Shown: piece by piece, positions 51,945-64,000 of the stretch
Position numbering within the stretch: the stretch's first letter is position 1
How the letters are laid out: the number at the start of each line of letters is the position of its first letter
Source: Ramazzottius varieornatus
Taxonomy: Eukaryota; Animalia; Tardigrada
Assembly (NCBI GenBank): GCA_001949185.1
Contig: BDGG01000011.1
Span: forward strand, 140,123 to 204,122
Direction of reading: 5' to 3'
DNA length: 64,000 nucleotides
Translations under genes and position numbers: made by a program
The notes under the pieces: generated by a model
What the model saw: only the letters and a program-made list of their open reading frames with translations
Database searches by the model: none
What the model was told of the DNA's origin: nothing

Positions 51945-52098
51945 CTGTAGTGCTACCAAATTATCGCGTACTGAACCACGTCATGAGTCATCGCTGTCCG
52001 GTGTGATCTGATGTTATCAGTTTAGCCTCGCTGGCTCTCACCCAGGCATCATTTACTGTTCACATGGTTGAGTGCGCGATAATTTTGTAGCATAACAG
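51945..52098. mobile_element. 154-bp pogo-like MITE, copy 1
   Basis: TA|CTGTAGTGCTACCAAATTATCGCG...CGCGATAATTTTGTAGCATAACAG|TA. Inverted copy at 57794-57947. Confidence 0.85.
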
Positions 52099-52593
52099 TA
52101 TTATAATGCCTTTATAAACTACGAAACAGTGGTACCGCACGTGCGATGCTAATAAGAATTTCCCCTAACCTACTGTTTCCCTAAGTGACAAATCTAACGG
52201 CATCGACCTCGGAGGACTCTTTCACCGAAGAACCGAAGCCAGCCCTGATCAGCGCTTTTCCCTAAAGAACCACGTTCCCGAACAGCTTCGAATCCGAAGA
52301 TCATCTTCCCCGAAGAATTTTCTCCAGTTCACACATCCTCCTAAGGATCCTGATGAAATATCTCCTAGAAATTGCTAATGACAGCCTCAACCAAAGGCCG
52401 CTAATCGGCTGGTCAATTTCAAGAATAAATATCTTAAGAAACAGCTTAAACTAGCGGGTGAATTTTGCCGTCCGAGAACACAATTGAAAAGATGGGTGAA
52501 GGTACAGCGAAGTACGTGTACGGTGCAACATGTATTGATTCGGTCAACGCAACTGTCACCGGGGTGCCTGTGGCGACTCTCGGTGTTATTTTA

Positions 52594-52633
52594 TGTCATG
52601 TCATGTCATGTCATGTTATGTCATGTCATGTCA
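52594..52633. repeat. (TGTCA)n microsatellite
   Basis: About 8 units of ATGTC, one of them imperfect. Confidence 0.85.
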
Positions 52634-53894
52634 GGTAGGCTTGTGGCACGAGAGCTTCTGGGCATTCCCAGCTTCCCAGCTGGGGATGCCTCGCAGGGCA
52701 TCGTGCCAAGGCTTACACAAGTCAGTTCTCTCTTTTGCTTGTACCTAACGGTCTTGGTCTCGATTGACTCATGTTGATTGTTCGGATGTAATATCTTCCC
52801 GGTGTTGCATCCTGTTTCCGTGTTCCCTTTACGCCCTGAGCTTGCTGGTGGCATCTCTGAGAGGCCTGTTCAGGATAGGGTAGAAGTCTGATCAACTTCC
52901 GGCTTGATTCCTGGTGTTCCTTGCTAGGGCTAGTTGCCAGGCCTCGAAGTGTCAGATCTTCGGTCCTGGATCGGTCGTAAGTTGCGGTGAAAGATCGTCG
53001 TCCAGCGAAGCCTAGACTGGTGAGCCTGTTTCCTGTTGGGGAATACCTGCGGTCACAGGGCGTGAGCCTCGTGCTCTGTCGGAGCAGAGCCGAGCACTTG
53101 TCGAGTAACACTGAACTTACAGCTTTCCGGAGGTGTTACGTTGACTCCGTTAACACAACGGCACTTTGTCCGGCAGTGGTACGTCCTTATACCATCGATT
53201 GGTTCGAATGGCTGTTATGGCAGTCTTCATGTTAGTTTCGAACCAGTGTGATGGAGCGGCCAATCAATAACCGAAACGATGGAAGCAAGTTTTCATATCA
53301 CAACAGATATCAAGTATAAACAGTGTATGGAAATGTTTTCTTGTTTTAGATTCACGGGTGAGTGGCGATCTGCGACGAGAAATTGGAAGCAATGGTTTTA
53401 GGAAAAAGTGTTAGGAGCTGTGGTTATTCGGAGACAAGGGTCTTCGGGAATATAGACAGATTTCGAGAGAAAGTGTCGAGAACGAAACATCTAGGAGAAA
53501 ACGCTCTTCAGGTTCGGAGTTTTTCGGAGCTTCGTTCAGGGGAAAATGTAGTTGGAGGATAACGAGAAACAAGAATCTGATATTCGGTGTGCAAGCGCTG
53601 AAGAGTGCTGTAAATGAGTGTTCATTTCCGCGTAGCAAGACATCATGATCCAGATATCCAGATTCACCATTACGCAGGCGGATCAGCAGGAGCTCGCGTG
53701 GAACGGGATGGTGAGTGTTTTGATGGAGAAGCGGTGGTAAGGCAAACATGGACAGCGCCTTTGCCAGTGAAGAGACGACTCCAGCAACTATACACAGTAA
53801 AAATTCGCTGCGCCCGCGCAGTAAGTGCACGTGCTTGATATGATTTTCCCAAGTTTCTTATTGAAAAAGCCGCGTAAGGGCCACCAACTCTTGC

Positions 53895-54412
53895 CTTTTT
53901 GGGTCCGTTTTCGAAAAATTGTTTTTCCAGCCTTCCTCACCTCGTGGTACGGTTGTTCAAAACGATTAGAAAAAACATCGAGTTAGCGAAAAAGTGGCTG
54001 GAAACGCAAATCCGCTTTTCGGATAAATAGCCAGAAATATTGCCAAAAACCAGTTTTACCGGCAAAAACGACGAGTTCGAAGGTTTTAAATCGTTTGTTA
54101 AGTACATTTGGATCTTTTCTGGTCCTTCTCGATTTTTCCCGGCTACTAATATAGCTAGTTTTTTGTATGCATAAAATTCAGGATGAGAACTCAAGCATGG
54201 AATTTTGTAGACTGTGTTTCATTCCCCGGCGGTTTGTCTTCCCCACCGGAAGTCATACCAGTCCACTCGTTCGTGCTATTTCTCGATACAATAAATACTT
54301 CTTAGATGAGTCCAAGCAGCTTTGAAAGTTGAACGGAAAGAGCGGAAGCATGAGTGGTAAGGCAGCAGTCTGAATTTTTGGGCGTCGAAATGCCACGTGG
54401 TAGCAAGTTGGC
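53895..54412 (-). mobile_element. Partial inverted copy of the 41594-42338 MITE family
   Basis: Reverse complement aligns with ~41606-42130. Shared spurious ORF (NLTNDLKPSN / YLTNDLKPSN). Confidence 0.75.
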
Positions 54413-54828
54413 TATTAATCTATAGTTCTTATTACCTTTACGAATGACGGTTCATCATAAACCAACAGAGCAATAACATTCACATGATATCGCTCGCTGA
54501 TGTTGCTTTCATCTGTCAGTTCATCAACCTTTCCGGTCCCGTAATAACGTTGACAGCGAAGACGGTCCATTAGGTGCATTGTCCATTTTAATTTTGATCG
54601 CTTCAGGCGTTTACTGTCTGTACAGTAGAGCTCAATCTTTTCAAACAGAGAATGCGTTTCCTGTCCCACGCTACAGTTCTATCGGCAAAATTTTGTCCAA
54701 TTAGCGGTCACGAAAGACCAGAAAGAAACTTTCTTCTTTTCTACTCAAAGACGAGCAGCCGTAACCAATACTGCAAGTTTCGCGGACGAAAGTGCATGTT
54801 GCGCTCGCCGTGTCGAAACACTGAAGGA

Positions 54829-56343
54829 ATGGGGGACCGTTTATGCATCGTTGACATTGTATTCATCAGTATGTGCCTTCACGCCGGATTATGTTCCTAC
54901 CGGTACTACAACAGCTACCTCACCTACGGAACGGTAATTTTCGTTTTCGGGAGAGATTGCGGCATTCAGTTCATTCGCCTACTGGTTGCAGGGAGATACA
55001 ATTATACAGACATATCACTACGATAGCGGTACTTTGGAGCCTATGAAAAAATGGAATGTCGAATGCTTGGATGGGGAAGTGGCGGTAATAAAGCTCCTTC
55101 CAGATTCATTTGGAACCCTTTGTATTAACATCTCTTGAACTATTCTGAACACGTCCTTTGCTTTCTCAGGTTGGAATCAAGTAGGATCACGTGACCTTGA
55201 CTAGCACGTATTATCCATGCTGAAACTGAAAAAGTGTTACCACGATGTGTAACGATTGTCATGTTTTCTAGTGACTGGGTTGATGACTTCGCGGTGAGTT
55301 TCAGTGACAACAGATTTCACCGTGACACCGAAAACTTTCAACATCCTGAAATTATCTCCGTTTTGACAGAGAATTCAGATCGTGTGGTGTAAATTCATGT
55401 AGGTGACATACAAACCCACTATGTGGCTGCTGATGAAAAAATGATCCGAGTTGGCGATTTAGGTTTCCCCATAAACCGCCAAGCGAAGGTGTCTACCCTT
55501 ACTATCCTGGGTACGTAACAAAAGCAACAACTTTTACCTTATCGTGGTTCCACCTGGAACACAAGGTTTTGCTGACTCTTCGCTGTTTCCAGGTGCCACA
55601 CCCGAAATCTGACGGACCAGTGGTTCTGCTACAATGCCCAAAACGCTTCTGCCACCGTCAACACATTCGTGACCGCCTTTTATAGCAACATCATGTTCTT
55701 CTTTGTCTTCCGCGTACCCGGTCCGGACACTGTTCAACCTTATAAGTGTTGCAAGACTCCACCAGGTTAGGGTGTCTACACAGCCACATTGGTCAGAGTG
55801 TCTACACGCCATCTTGATGTAGGCTACTACATCGACTACGTCTCGTGTTACTACATGCCAACTCATGATTTGGACTTTGAGTCATACGACTCAACCTTTC
55901 AAATAATTGTCTACTGTGCTACCGGCTACGCCATGACAGGTATCTCAAAGAAGCAGAACCCCTACAAAAGAGAGTGGCAAGTAGAGTGGATCCAGTGCTG
56001 CCGAGTTGGATACGGTAAACCATACAATGTTCCGCCACCGGTTGTCTATTCGGATTCTGGTGCCGCTGCGTACTTTGCTCCTGTTGGAAGTACACCAAAT
56101 TCCATCAACCCATCTTATTCGGTCCAGTATCGGTCAGCGGCGCTTGATGACGAGAATCTGAATATCGTCGGTGATGGAGTTAAGAACCGCTCCAGTGTCT
56201 TAAAGTTTTGGAGAAAACCAGAGAAGGAGGAAAAAATAATGCTGAATAGGCCGGAGCTTTTTGCGGCAATGGACCCTAAGCTTCGGTCAAGAAGTTCAAA
56301 GTTACAAAAGCCGCGTGTTCTGCGTACACATGTCGGTAACTAA
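54829..56343 (+). CDS. Secreted Tyr/Cys-rich protein, 333 aa, 8 exons including 11-, 22- and 29-nt micro-exons: 54829-54933, 54992-55084, 55170-55180, 55272-55293, 55370-55398, 55463-55510, 55593-55765, 55823-56343
   Basis: All introns GT-AG. Exons sum to 1002 nt with no internal stop. Every exon has a counterpart in the paralog at 60088-61870. Confidence 0.8.
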
Positions 56344-56780
56344 CCGCGCTGTGGTTTCACACTTACAGGACCTCTTTGTGAACAATCTATCCTGTATGAA
56401 AAAGTTTGACATTTTCGATCGTCGGGTATTGGATGGACAATCGAACTTGAAATAAGGTGTAGTGCTAACCCTGGTTCGCGATCGACAAAAAGTATGATCT
56501 GCAAGCTTTTACGTTTTTTTCCATCAAACGGAAGTCGTATTAAAACGACCGTGAAGACGGTTGTCAGACTTTCACCCAGAGATCTGTGTCATGCCTCTGA
56601 GAAGACTTAGACAATGCTCCGGGAGGATAGAATAGGAGAAAGCATGCCTGACGGGAATATTATCAATAGCCATGGCAGCAAGGGAGGCGCGGGTAGCAGA
56701 AAACAGGTAGACTGTACGGTGAAAGACGTGTGATGAGAAACTGCTATCCCGCTTACGATGGTCGTTACTACAAGTAGACG

Positions 56781-56973
56781 CACGAGGGGAACGTTTGGAA
56801 CAGTGAAAAGTGTGGAACAGGCGCTTCCGGGACAGCGGAATGGAAGTTCGTACGTTGATGGGAAATTCACACCAATGCACTCTTTGACGATTTTCTACGG
56901 CTGAATTTTCAGTTTGCCGTCTTTTCCGCCTGTTCCAAACGTTTTACTGTTCCAAACTTAATTTCCCTTCGCG
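56781..56973. mobile_element. Diverged short MITE of the TATGGGACAG family (TGGAACAG variant)
   Basis: TTTGGAACAGTGAAAAGTGTGGAACAGG ... CCTGTTCCAAACGTTTTACTGTTCCAAA. Internal ATTCACACCAAT..ACTCTTTGAC is shared with ~29719-29742. Confidence 0.7.
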
Positions 56974-57793
56974 CTGGAACAGTCTATGAAAGCTCATTGT
57001 AAGCGACTCTCGCATCAGTCTTTTTCTCAGTTACCAACAGACGAATCAAGCGTTGGACAAAACGATTATCTGATAATTGTTTTGTCAGCTATCGGCAACT
57101 TCATTTGTTATCTTTATTTATGCCGTCGACTATCAGCAAGTAAACTGATCTTCGGCTGCTAAGAATCGAATCCGGACTTACGTGTACGCTTCATCTCCAC
57201 CGATCAACTGCGACTGCTTCTTTTCATCTTTATCTGACCAACTGGATTCAAATCGTAAATTCTGCTCAAAGAGTGTGCAAGGAGCAATAGATAGTGACAA
57301 ACGATGTTGCAAGAATTACCTCTAGGCACTTTGCAATTAGGCGGAATGGCAGTACTTATCGCTACTACAACAATCACATCAGCTGCGTATCGGATCGTTA
57401 AACGACCGTACTTTAAACGACTCGTACCCAGTCTCTTCTAGTAGTGCACGAATGCGAGTCCTGTGACTCGACCAATGGACAATATTTGTGTCCGCCCAAG
57501 AGACTCGACGGACCGGATCGGCTAACGGGGCTTTGAGCCTCGCATTCGAAAAATACGCCATTTATCAAACAACGTCGCTCGTACCAGCCGCTGTGACTCC
57601 AGACCTGTTACCGTCGGAAACGATTGAGAGAGACTGAAGAGGCCTACAGCAGAACAAGTAATTTAAAAGCTAGAAAACCCTTGACTCCTAGGATGCGTTG
57701 CACAATAAGGTTCCTGCACCGTAAACGAGCACCTCACCTCCCTGCGATCTTTCCTCACGTCGGAACGGTGCAATCTCGCAAGCTTTTGAAATA

Positions 57794-57947
57794 CTGTTAT
57801 GCTACAAAATTATCGCGCACTCAACCATGTGAACAGTAAATGATGCCCGGGTGAGAGCCAGCGAGGCTAAACTGATAACATCTGATCACGCTGGGCAGCG
57901 ATGACTCATCACGTGGTTCAGTACGCGATAATCTGGTAGCACTACAG
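57794..57947. mobile_element. 154-bp pogo-like MITE, copy 2 (inverted)
   Basis: Reverse complement of 51945-52098 with a few substitutions. TA flanks. Confidence 0.85.
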
Positions 57948-60087
57948 TAAATATCCAAAGACCCCGATACTGATACCTCTTTACCGTTTGCCGTGGACCG
58001 AATCACGCAGCACTTCTCTCGGTTCATGGGACAGCCGACAGAAGCGCTCCTGGTGAACGACCAGCCAACAAAAGTTCCCTGAAACCACTAACACTCGAAG
58101 TGGTGTTGTGAGCCATCGCGAATATCCACACGAAAAGATCTGGGGGTGCTAACAAACTTCTCACCGAAGTCCATAAGCTGCTGCTGTACCGTAACGATTA
58201 GCAGCTTTTGGTACTGTCATGCTTCAACGAGGTGCTTCGCTCTGATAGCGTGCCTGCCGAGTGGTTCCTGTCGAAACTCGTACCTATCCTTCCCCATAAC
58301 GCGTACCAGTTCTGATCACAGCTGCAAAGTTCTGCTAAGGCGCGCTGCTTCGAACGCTGCCGCAGTTGAGACTTCTGGACGACCAGAGGATACTGATTGG
58401 CGGTTTTCCTCAACCTCAAAGCCGCATCCGATACAATCGATACAATCGACTCTGAGCTGCCGGATGGAAGATATGAACCATTTTATGATAAGCTGGTCTC
58501 TCTTTGATGGTACGTACTCGTCGAATCTACCTGTGGACTCGGGTTCTCGAGCTGTATCGACTTGGCTCCCTGATTGGTGCGCTTTCTGAACGCTGCGCAT
58601 GTGCCTGCTTTTCTACCATTAGCAGAATTCTTCCATAAGGTCCTGAGTTAGTCTGTCCCCTTCAAACTTTGCCCAATAACACCACAGTCCCCCACTAGTG
58701 AGCAGCAACGCATGAAACGCGTGCATGTTTCGGAGCGCTCTTGTGCTCTTTGTATACGGCATTGTGACGCACTGGACAAAGGACCAGACGACGGATGTCA
58801 GCGACCCACCAAGCTATTCCACCCTAACTATCACACTCCGACCATCCAATGCACCACCTTCAGGTCCCCCAAGGGCTGCCGCTGCTACGTGGAGCGTCCA
58901 CCACGCAGCAGCAGAAAAGAACGCATAAGGGAACGAGCCTTGGTCAACTCCAGTTGTATAAAAATCAGCCCTTCTCGGTCCGTTCCCCAAAAATGATTCT
59001 ACGAGGTGCACAGACCACATAGGCACCGAATGAAATAAAGTAGGAGTGCACACCATTTTTCCGCAAAATATGAAATCATGAAAGCGCCGAAACCGGCTAA
59101 AATTTGTACTAACCATCGAATTGCCTCCAAATTTTCGCGACAGACCCAAAGCCCCATTCCCGGACACAAGCATCCGCTCCAACAGCTTTGGTGGGTAATC
59201 ACGCCCACAAACCCGACTTATAGTTTCCAAAGTACTCCACAAGGCATGATTACTGAGCTAAAGTGCTGGATGTACCAGAGAATGGTTTTCTACATCTCCT
59301 TTGAAAATCTGGGGGCGACTATGGCGCTTACTCCAAATTTATGGCAATCAGTGCTTAAGCTCTATGCATCTCTAGGAGCTAAGTAAACTACGCACCTCGC
59401 GGGACCGTTACACAATAAATTCTGGGGAAATCGACCGAGAAAGGTTGTTTTTTGGACAGCTAGAGTCAGCGGAGCCTCGATCGCGCCCTTTACATACATC
59501 TGGGACAAAAACTTGGCAGTGGCAGACAGGACATGCCCTCAGTAGCTCGTGGTCAAATATACGCTGTTTTCCTAAAGAGATTTCACTGCAGCCGTCGATT
59601 TGAAAAACAATTCAGAGGTGACTAACATCATTTGACCGGTGCATCAGTGCGGGCAGTCCTCCAGACAGCCTTGCAACGGGTGAATTTACGTATGGTGCAG
59701 AGGTGCTTTTTTTCGCGAGCGGACACTATGCAGAAGTAGTATACTCGACCCGCCTAATTATTGGCATAAACAAATCCATTGGTAGCTGGCCGAAAGACCG
59801 GTAAACTATATTGTTCAGTTTCAACTCTCTCTTTGTGCCGACATCTGTCGCCGCGTAACTTTGCCTTCACCTGTTGAGAGCCTAATTCGTTCCCACGCTA
59901 CATCTGCTGCTCATCAGTGTGGATAAGTTGTTCTCAACCATCGGTCATGGACCATCACAGAGATTCCTACACTGTCAGATATCTGACCACGATGAACATG
60001 AACCTCTTTTCCGGCAGCATTAGCGAACACCGCTGTTACACTACCGAACGGACTAGGTGGTAGGGAGAAATTTGTACCCGGATCAAG

Positions 60088-61870
60088 ATGGGATATCGCT
60101 AGGCGGTTTTGGTGAGGGTTGTTGGCTCGTGCTTGCAGCTCGGTCAGAGTACTTACCGGTATTACAATAACTATATCACATATGGAACGGTAGGTCGTAA
60201 TATTAAATCCTGCACCAATAACTTCGGAAATACCGGTACATTCTTGTCACAGGGGGATACGATACTTCAAACCTACCATTACCACGGCGGATCAACTGAG
60301 CCTCACAGGAAGTGGAACATCGAATGTATGGATAGGAAGCTGCGGTAGGTCGAGCCATTTTTGAAAATCCCCCTTATGTCTCGTGTATGTACTCTTCTAT
60401 TATCTTTCCAGAGTGCTTCTCACGTTTTCCTTTCAGTTTTCAGGTCGGAATCAAGTAGGTCACGACGCTTCTGAAAAATATGGTCTGCAAAAATATAAAA
60501 TGGTTGTTTGATTGTGTATTTGCATGACATCGACGCCATTTTGATTGCAGCGACTGGTAGGAGGACTTCGCGGTACGTTTAACTAAAGGCTGTTTGTTGG
60601 CTTTGGTACTACTTCCAAGTGCGAAAACGATGCTCACGTGCGCGTCTAAAGCCCCAGCATCTTTACCGATATCCAATTTCTCTGCAGAGACTTCAGATCG
60701 TGTGATGTAAATTTATGTAAGTTTAGTTACAATTAGAAGGATGACTACGATAGATGGTTGCGCAGAAATATTCAGTTACTCTGCATTGTCCCTTAGGTTC
60801 CCACTGAAACCGCCTGCCGAAGGCGTGTATCCATACTTTCCCAGGTAAACTGTTCACCACTACATCCTGTAAGTCCACTCGAACTCACGCAGTGTGTCCA
60901 CCCACCCGGTGTCTGAATTCGGTCAAAAGGTGTGTCAGAGTTCTGAAACTGTCACAGGCTGTAATTAAACGTATTGCACAACAGCACGGTTGGCAATTTG
61001 AAGGGCAACACACCAATCGATTTTTTTGACCGGTTGGACTACGCCGGGCAGACTGTAGTGACCGGCACCGAGTATTGATCCTACACAATAAATATTATCT
61101 CGTTTTATAGCTGCTATACTCGGAGCATGACGGACCAGTGGTACTGCTACAACCCCAGAAACGCTTCGGTCACCGTCAACACCTTCATTACGGGCTTCTC
61201 CTCAAAAATCTACTTCTTTGTCTTCCGCATACCCGGTCCGGACACTGTTCAACCTTATAAGTGTTGCAAGACTCCACCAGGTTAGGGTGTCTACACAGCC
61301 ACATTGGTCAGAGTGTCTACACGCCATCTTGATGTAGGCTACTACATCGACTACGTCTCGTGTTACTACATGCCAACTCGTGATTTGGACTTCGAGTACT
61401 ACGACTCCACCTTCCATTTCATCGTTTTCTGCGCTACCGGCTACGTCATGACCGGCATTTTGAAGAAAGTAAACCCTTACAGTAAAGAGGTACACATGGA
61501 ATGGATACAGTGTTGCCGAGTGGGGTACGGCAAGCCATACAACGTCAAGCCGCCAGTCGTTTATTCGGACTCAGGTGCTGCATCGTACTATTCCCCAACT
61601 GCGAGTGTCCCCAACTCGGTCAGCCCCTCTTACGCCGCTCAATATCGATCGTTACCGAGTGATGGTGATACGCTGAATATAGTGCACGTCGGAGCGGCGA
61701 ACCGAACGGGACCGAACCACTTCGGCAGGAACCCGAACAAGGAAGAACACAGCATGCTGGACAGGCCGGAACTTTTCGCAGCCATGGAGCCCACGCTTCG
61801 GTCGAGGAATCAGGTACACCTACGTCCATATCTTTTGAATGACGACAACAGGAATCGGCCGTATATCTGA
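60088..61870 (+). pseudogene. Pseudogene paralog of the 54829-56343 micro-exon gene
   Basis: Same exon series, but TAG at codon 5, a 1-nt loss at the end of exon 2, TAG in the 22-nt exon and TGA in the 29-nt exon. The last exon is still open. Confidence 0.8.
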
Positions 61871-61918
61871 CCACGAAGACATCAAAGAAACTCCCTTGAT
61901 GGTTATAAAAAGCGGTTG

Positions 61919-64000
61919 TCACGCCTTCGACTTTATTCGGGCTGGTTTATGAACTTCAACAGCAGAGGTGTTTTTCAACAGCTTTTCCCATGTTGACAGC
62001 TTTCCATGATCTTTGACACGAAAGCCCATTTTGAGAAGCTTATCTCGAAAATTGTCACAGTCTTTCAAAAGCTTTTTGCTTTCTTCTTGTAACGTTTGTA
62101 ACGTCGGTTCTTTCTTCAGTCCTCCCAAGGCAGTTTGACGCACCACATTCCTGAACTGCACCACGGCGTCCATCACTTCCTCCAGCGACCGAACTTCTTC
62201 CTCGTTCCATGCTCTCCGGTTTTCGGTCGCCAACGCTTTCTTTGTCGGTAACTTCAATCCGAACACGTCAAAAAATGACTGCACAAAATCCGCAGCCCCA
62301 AACAAAGCAGAGTGTTCATAAGGACTCAACGTTGAAACTTTAGTGCGAGACTCCTCAATTTGCTTATGGCAAAAGGACACCAGTTCAGAAATATGATACA
62401 AAGCTTGAGGAAAATTAAAATCGTCTGCTAAAGAATTATCCACACTTTCCTCAGTCTTTATAATTGCATCTCTGAGCCTTCCTTCATCAAACCAACGAAT
62501 TTCCAAAGTTCCTCGTCGATATTCTTCCACTAGGTTCAAGAAGCCCGTTAACCTTGAGATCAATGCATGCGCCGCTCTCAGCTCTTCTTCCCCCAAGGCA
62601 CAGTGCGATCTGTAATACTGCATCATACAGAACATTCTAAACTGCATAGCCGAGTGTTTCTTCAGAAAGTCCCTTATCGATATAGAGTTCTTCAGGCTCT
62701 TCGACATCTTCGACTCGTCAGGTGCAAGCAAGTGTCCGGTGTGGAGCCACTGCTTGACCCATTGGTCCACCCCGTGCAACGCACAGCACTGCGACTCTTC
62801 GTTCTCATGGTGGGGGAACATTAAGTCGATGCCACCGGAATGCAGATCGACTGAAGACCCGAAGAAGTGCGAAGCGACGGTGGAGCATTCAATGTGCCAA
62901 CCGGGACGCCCGGGATGAGGACTGAAAGGAACGGACCAAGCTGGCTCGCGGGGCTTGGCGGATTTCCACAAAGCGAAATCAGCTGGATAGTTCTTCTCTT
63001 GCCGCAGCTCGGTCGAGTAGTCTCCCACAAATGCTAAAAACAAGCAAAATCTTAGTTCCAACTGTTGTGATAACGACAAAGCTCAGGATTGAATTCTTTC
63101 GAACGCAAACTTTCGTAGAAAACCACCCTCATGACCAGACGCAGCGTAACAACACAAAACCGATCTTCAGCAGAAGTATTCGTGGCGTTGGTGCGCCAGA
63201 TAGTCAAGATCCATGAAAATCTAATCCAGCTTTATTTTTGACTTCCGTAGTCAACTTACAAAAGTCTTCTTGCATCGGTTTGAATTTTCCGCTTCGTCCG
63301 TAAGCTCTGGTGTCAAAGTAGACGCTTCCGGAAGGTACGATGTACGCTAGATTCCGTTGTAGCAGTCCTTCTACGAAGTGAATGGCCTGTGGGATGAAGT
63401 CAGAGATACGGGCGACAATATTCGGAGGTTTCACGTTGAGCGACTCCATATCTTCGAGAAATTCTTTTTCGTAATGTTTGGCGATTTCCAACCACACAAC
63501 ACCTTTCTGCAACACGAAAAGCTTCAATCCTTCGTAGATAGGCACAGACATCATCAGGTGATTTGATAGATGATAACCAGCGCCGATGTTAGTTCGCGCA
63601 CAATGCAGCTACAGGGAGCTAGCGTTGTGCGTCACTCTAACGAGGCACGCTTGGCCATTTAGTCGACCGAATGGCGCACTGAGTTGTTATAATGACATGA
63701 TGCCATGCGCCTGCTTAGTAGTGGAGATTGGTCTACCTTACTTCGTTGGCTTTGGCAATGATTTTGTCATCGATATCCGTGACATTCACAGCATACCGGA
63801 CTCTCATTCTTCTTCTGTCCTCCAGAAAACGCCGAATAAGATCGAACTGGACGTAGGTATATGCGTGTCCCATATGCGCGCTGTCGTAGACAGTTGGACC
63901 GCAGCAGTACCATGTCAGTCCGGAGGGATCGGATGTTCGTAGCGTTTCTTTCTTGCGGCTCAAAGAGTTCGTCAACGTTATTGGAGGTAGCGTCTGGGTC
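61919..64000 (-). CDS. CARS2: Cysteinyl-tRNA synthetase, mitochondrial type (5' end outside window); exons >64000-63742, 63506-63260, ~63034-61919
   Basis: WYCCGPTVYDSAHMGHA, NVTDIDDKII, SVYFD, DFALWK, GRPGWHIECS, HSGGIDLMFPHHENE and KMSKSLKN. Lacks the long insertion after DDKII seen in cytosolic enzymes. Confidence 0.92.

Noticed and set aside
51945-57947. 6-kb composite transposon carrying the micro-exon gene between inverted 154-bp repeats
   Set aside because: Each repeat has its own TIRs and TA flanks, so independent MITE insertions are simpler.
57960-58700. Possible decayed minus-strand gene
   Set aside because: Fragmented frames with stops and no recognisable motif, so it cannot be supported.
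1-64000. Prokaryotic operons, rRNA/tRNA genes, horizontally acquired bacterial genes
   Set aside because: Recognisable genes are spliced and animal-like. No RNA gene was recognised by eye; tRNAscan-SE or Infernal would be needed to exclude them.

Overview
Eukaryotic, compact, intron-rich genomic DNA (most GT-AG introns 55-100 nt, roughly balanced GC). Gene content and architecture suggest a small invertebrate, most plausibly a tardigrade (inference only). Conserved genes: a classical dynamin head-to-head with a RanBP9/10-like gene, and a mitochondrial-type cysteinyl-tRNA synthetase running off the right edge. Lineage-specific secreted or membrane families in birth-and-death turnover: two secreted PEBPs (one with a GPI-signal-like tail); five tandem gustatory-receptor-like units on the minus strand (one intact, one with an unresolved exon, three pseudogenes or remnants); a Cys/Thr-rich secreted protein with a decayed paralog; a ChtBD2 protein with lesions; a secreted 17-aa Pro/Asp/Gly repeat protein; and an 8-exon micro-exon gene whose pseudogene twin shares a recent gene-conversion-like tract. 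Mobile DNA is dense: an apparently intact intron-containing pogo (DD35D) element and a relative, a full-length decayed hAT, a maT (DD37D) remnant, a CRE-like non-LTR retrotransposon and many MITEs, including a nested insertion. One N-gap is flanked by an artefactual duplication. Exon boundaries were read by eye and need transcript confirmation.
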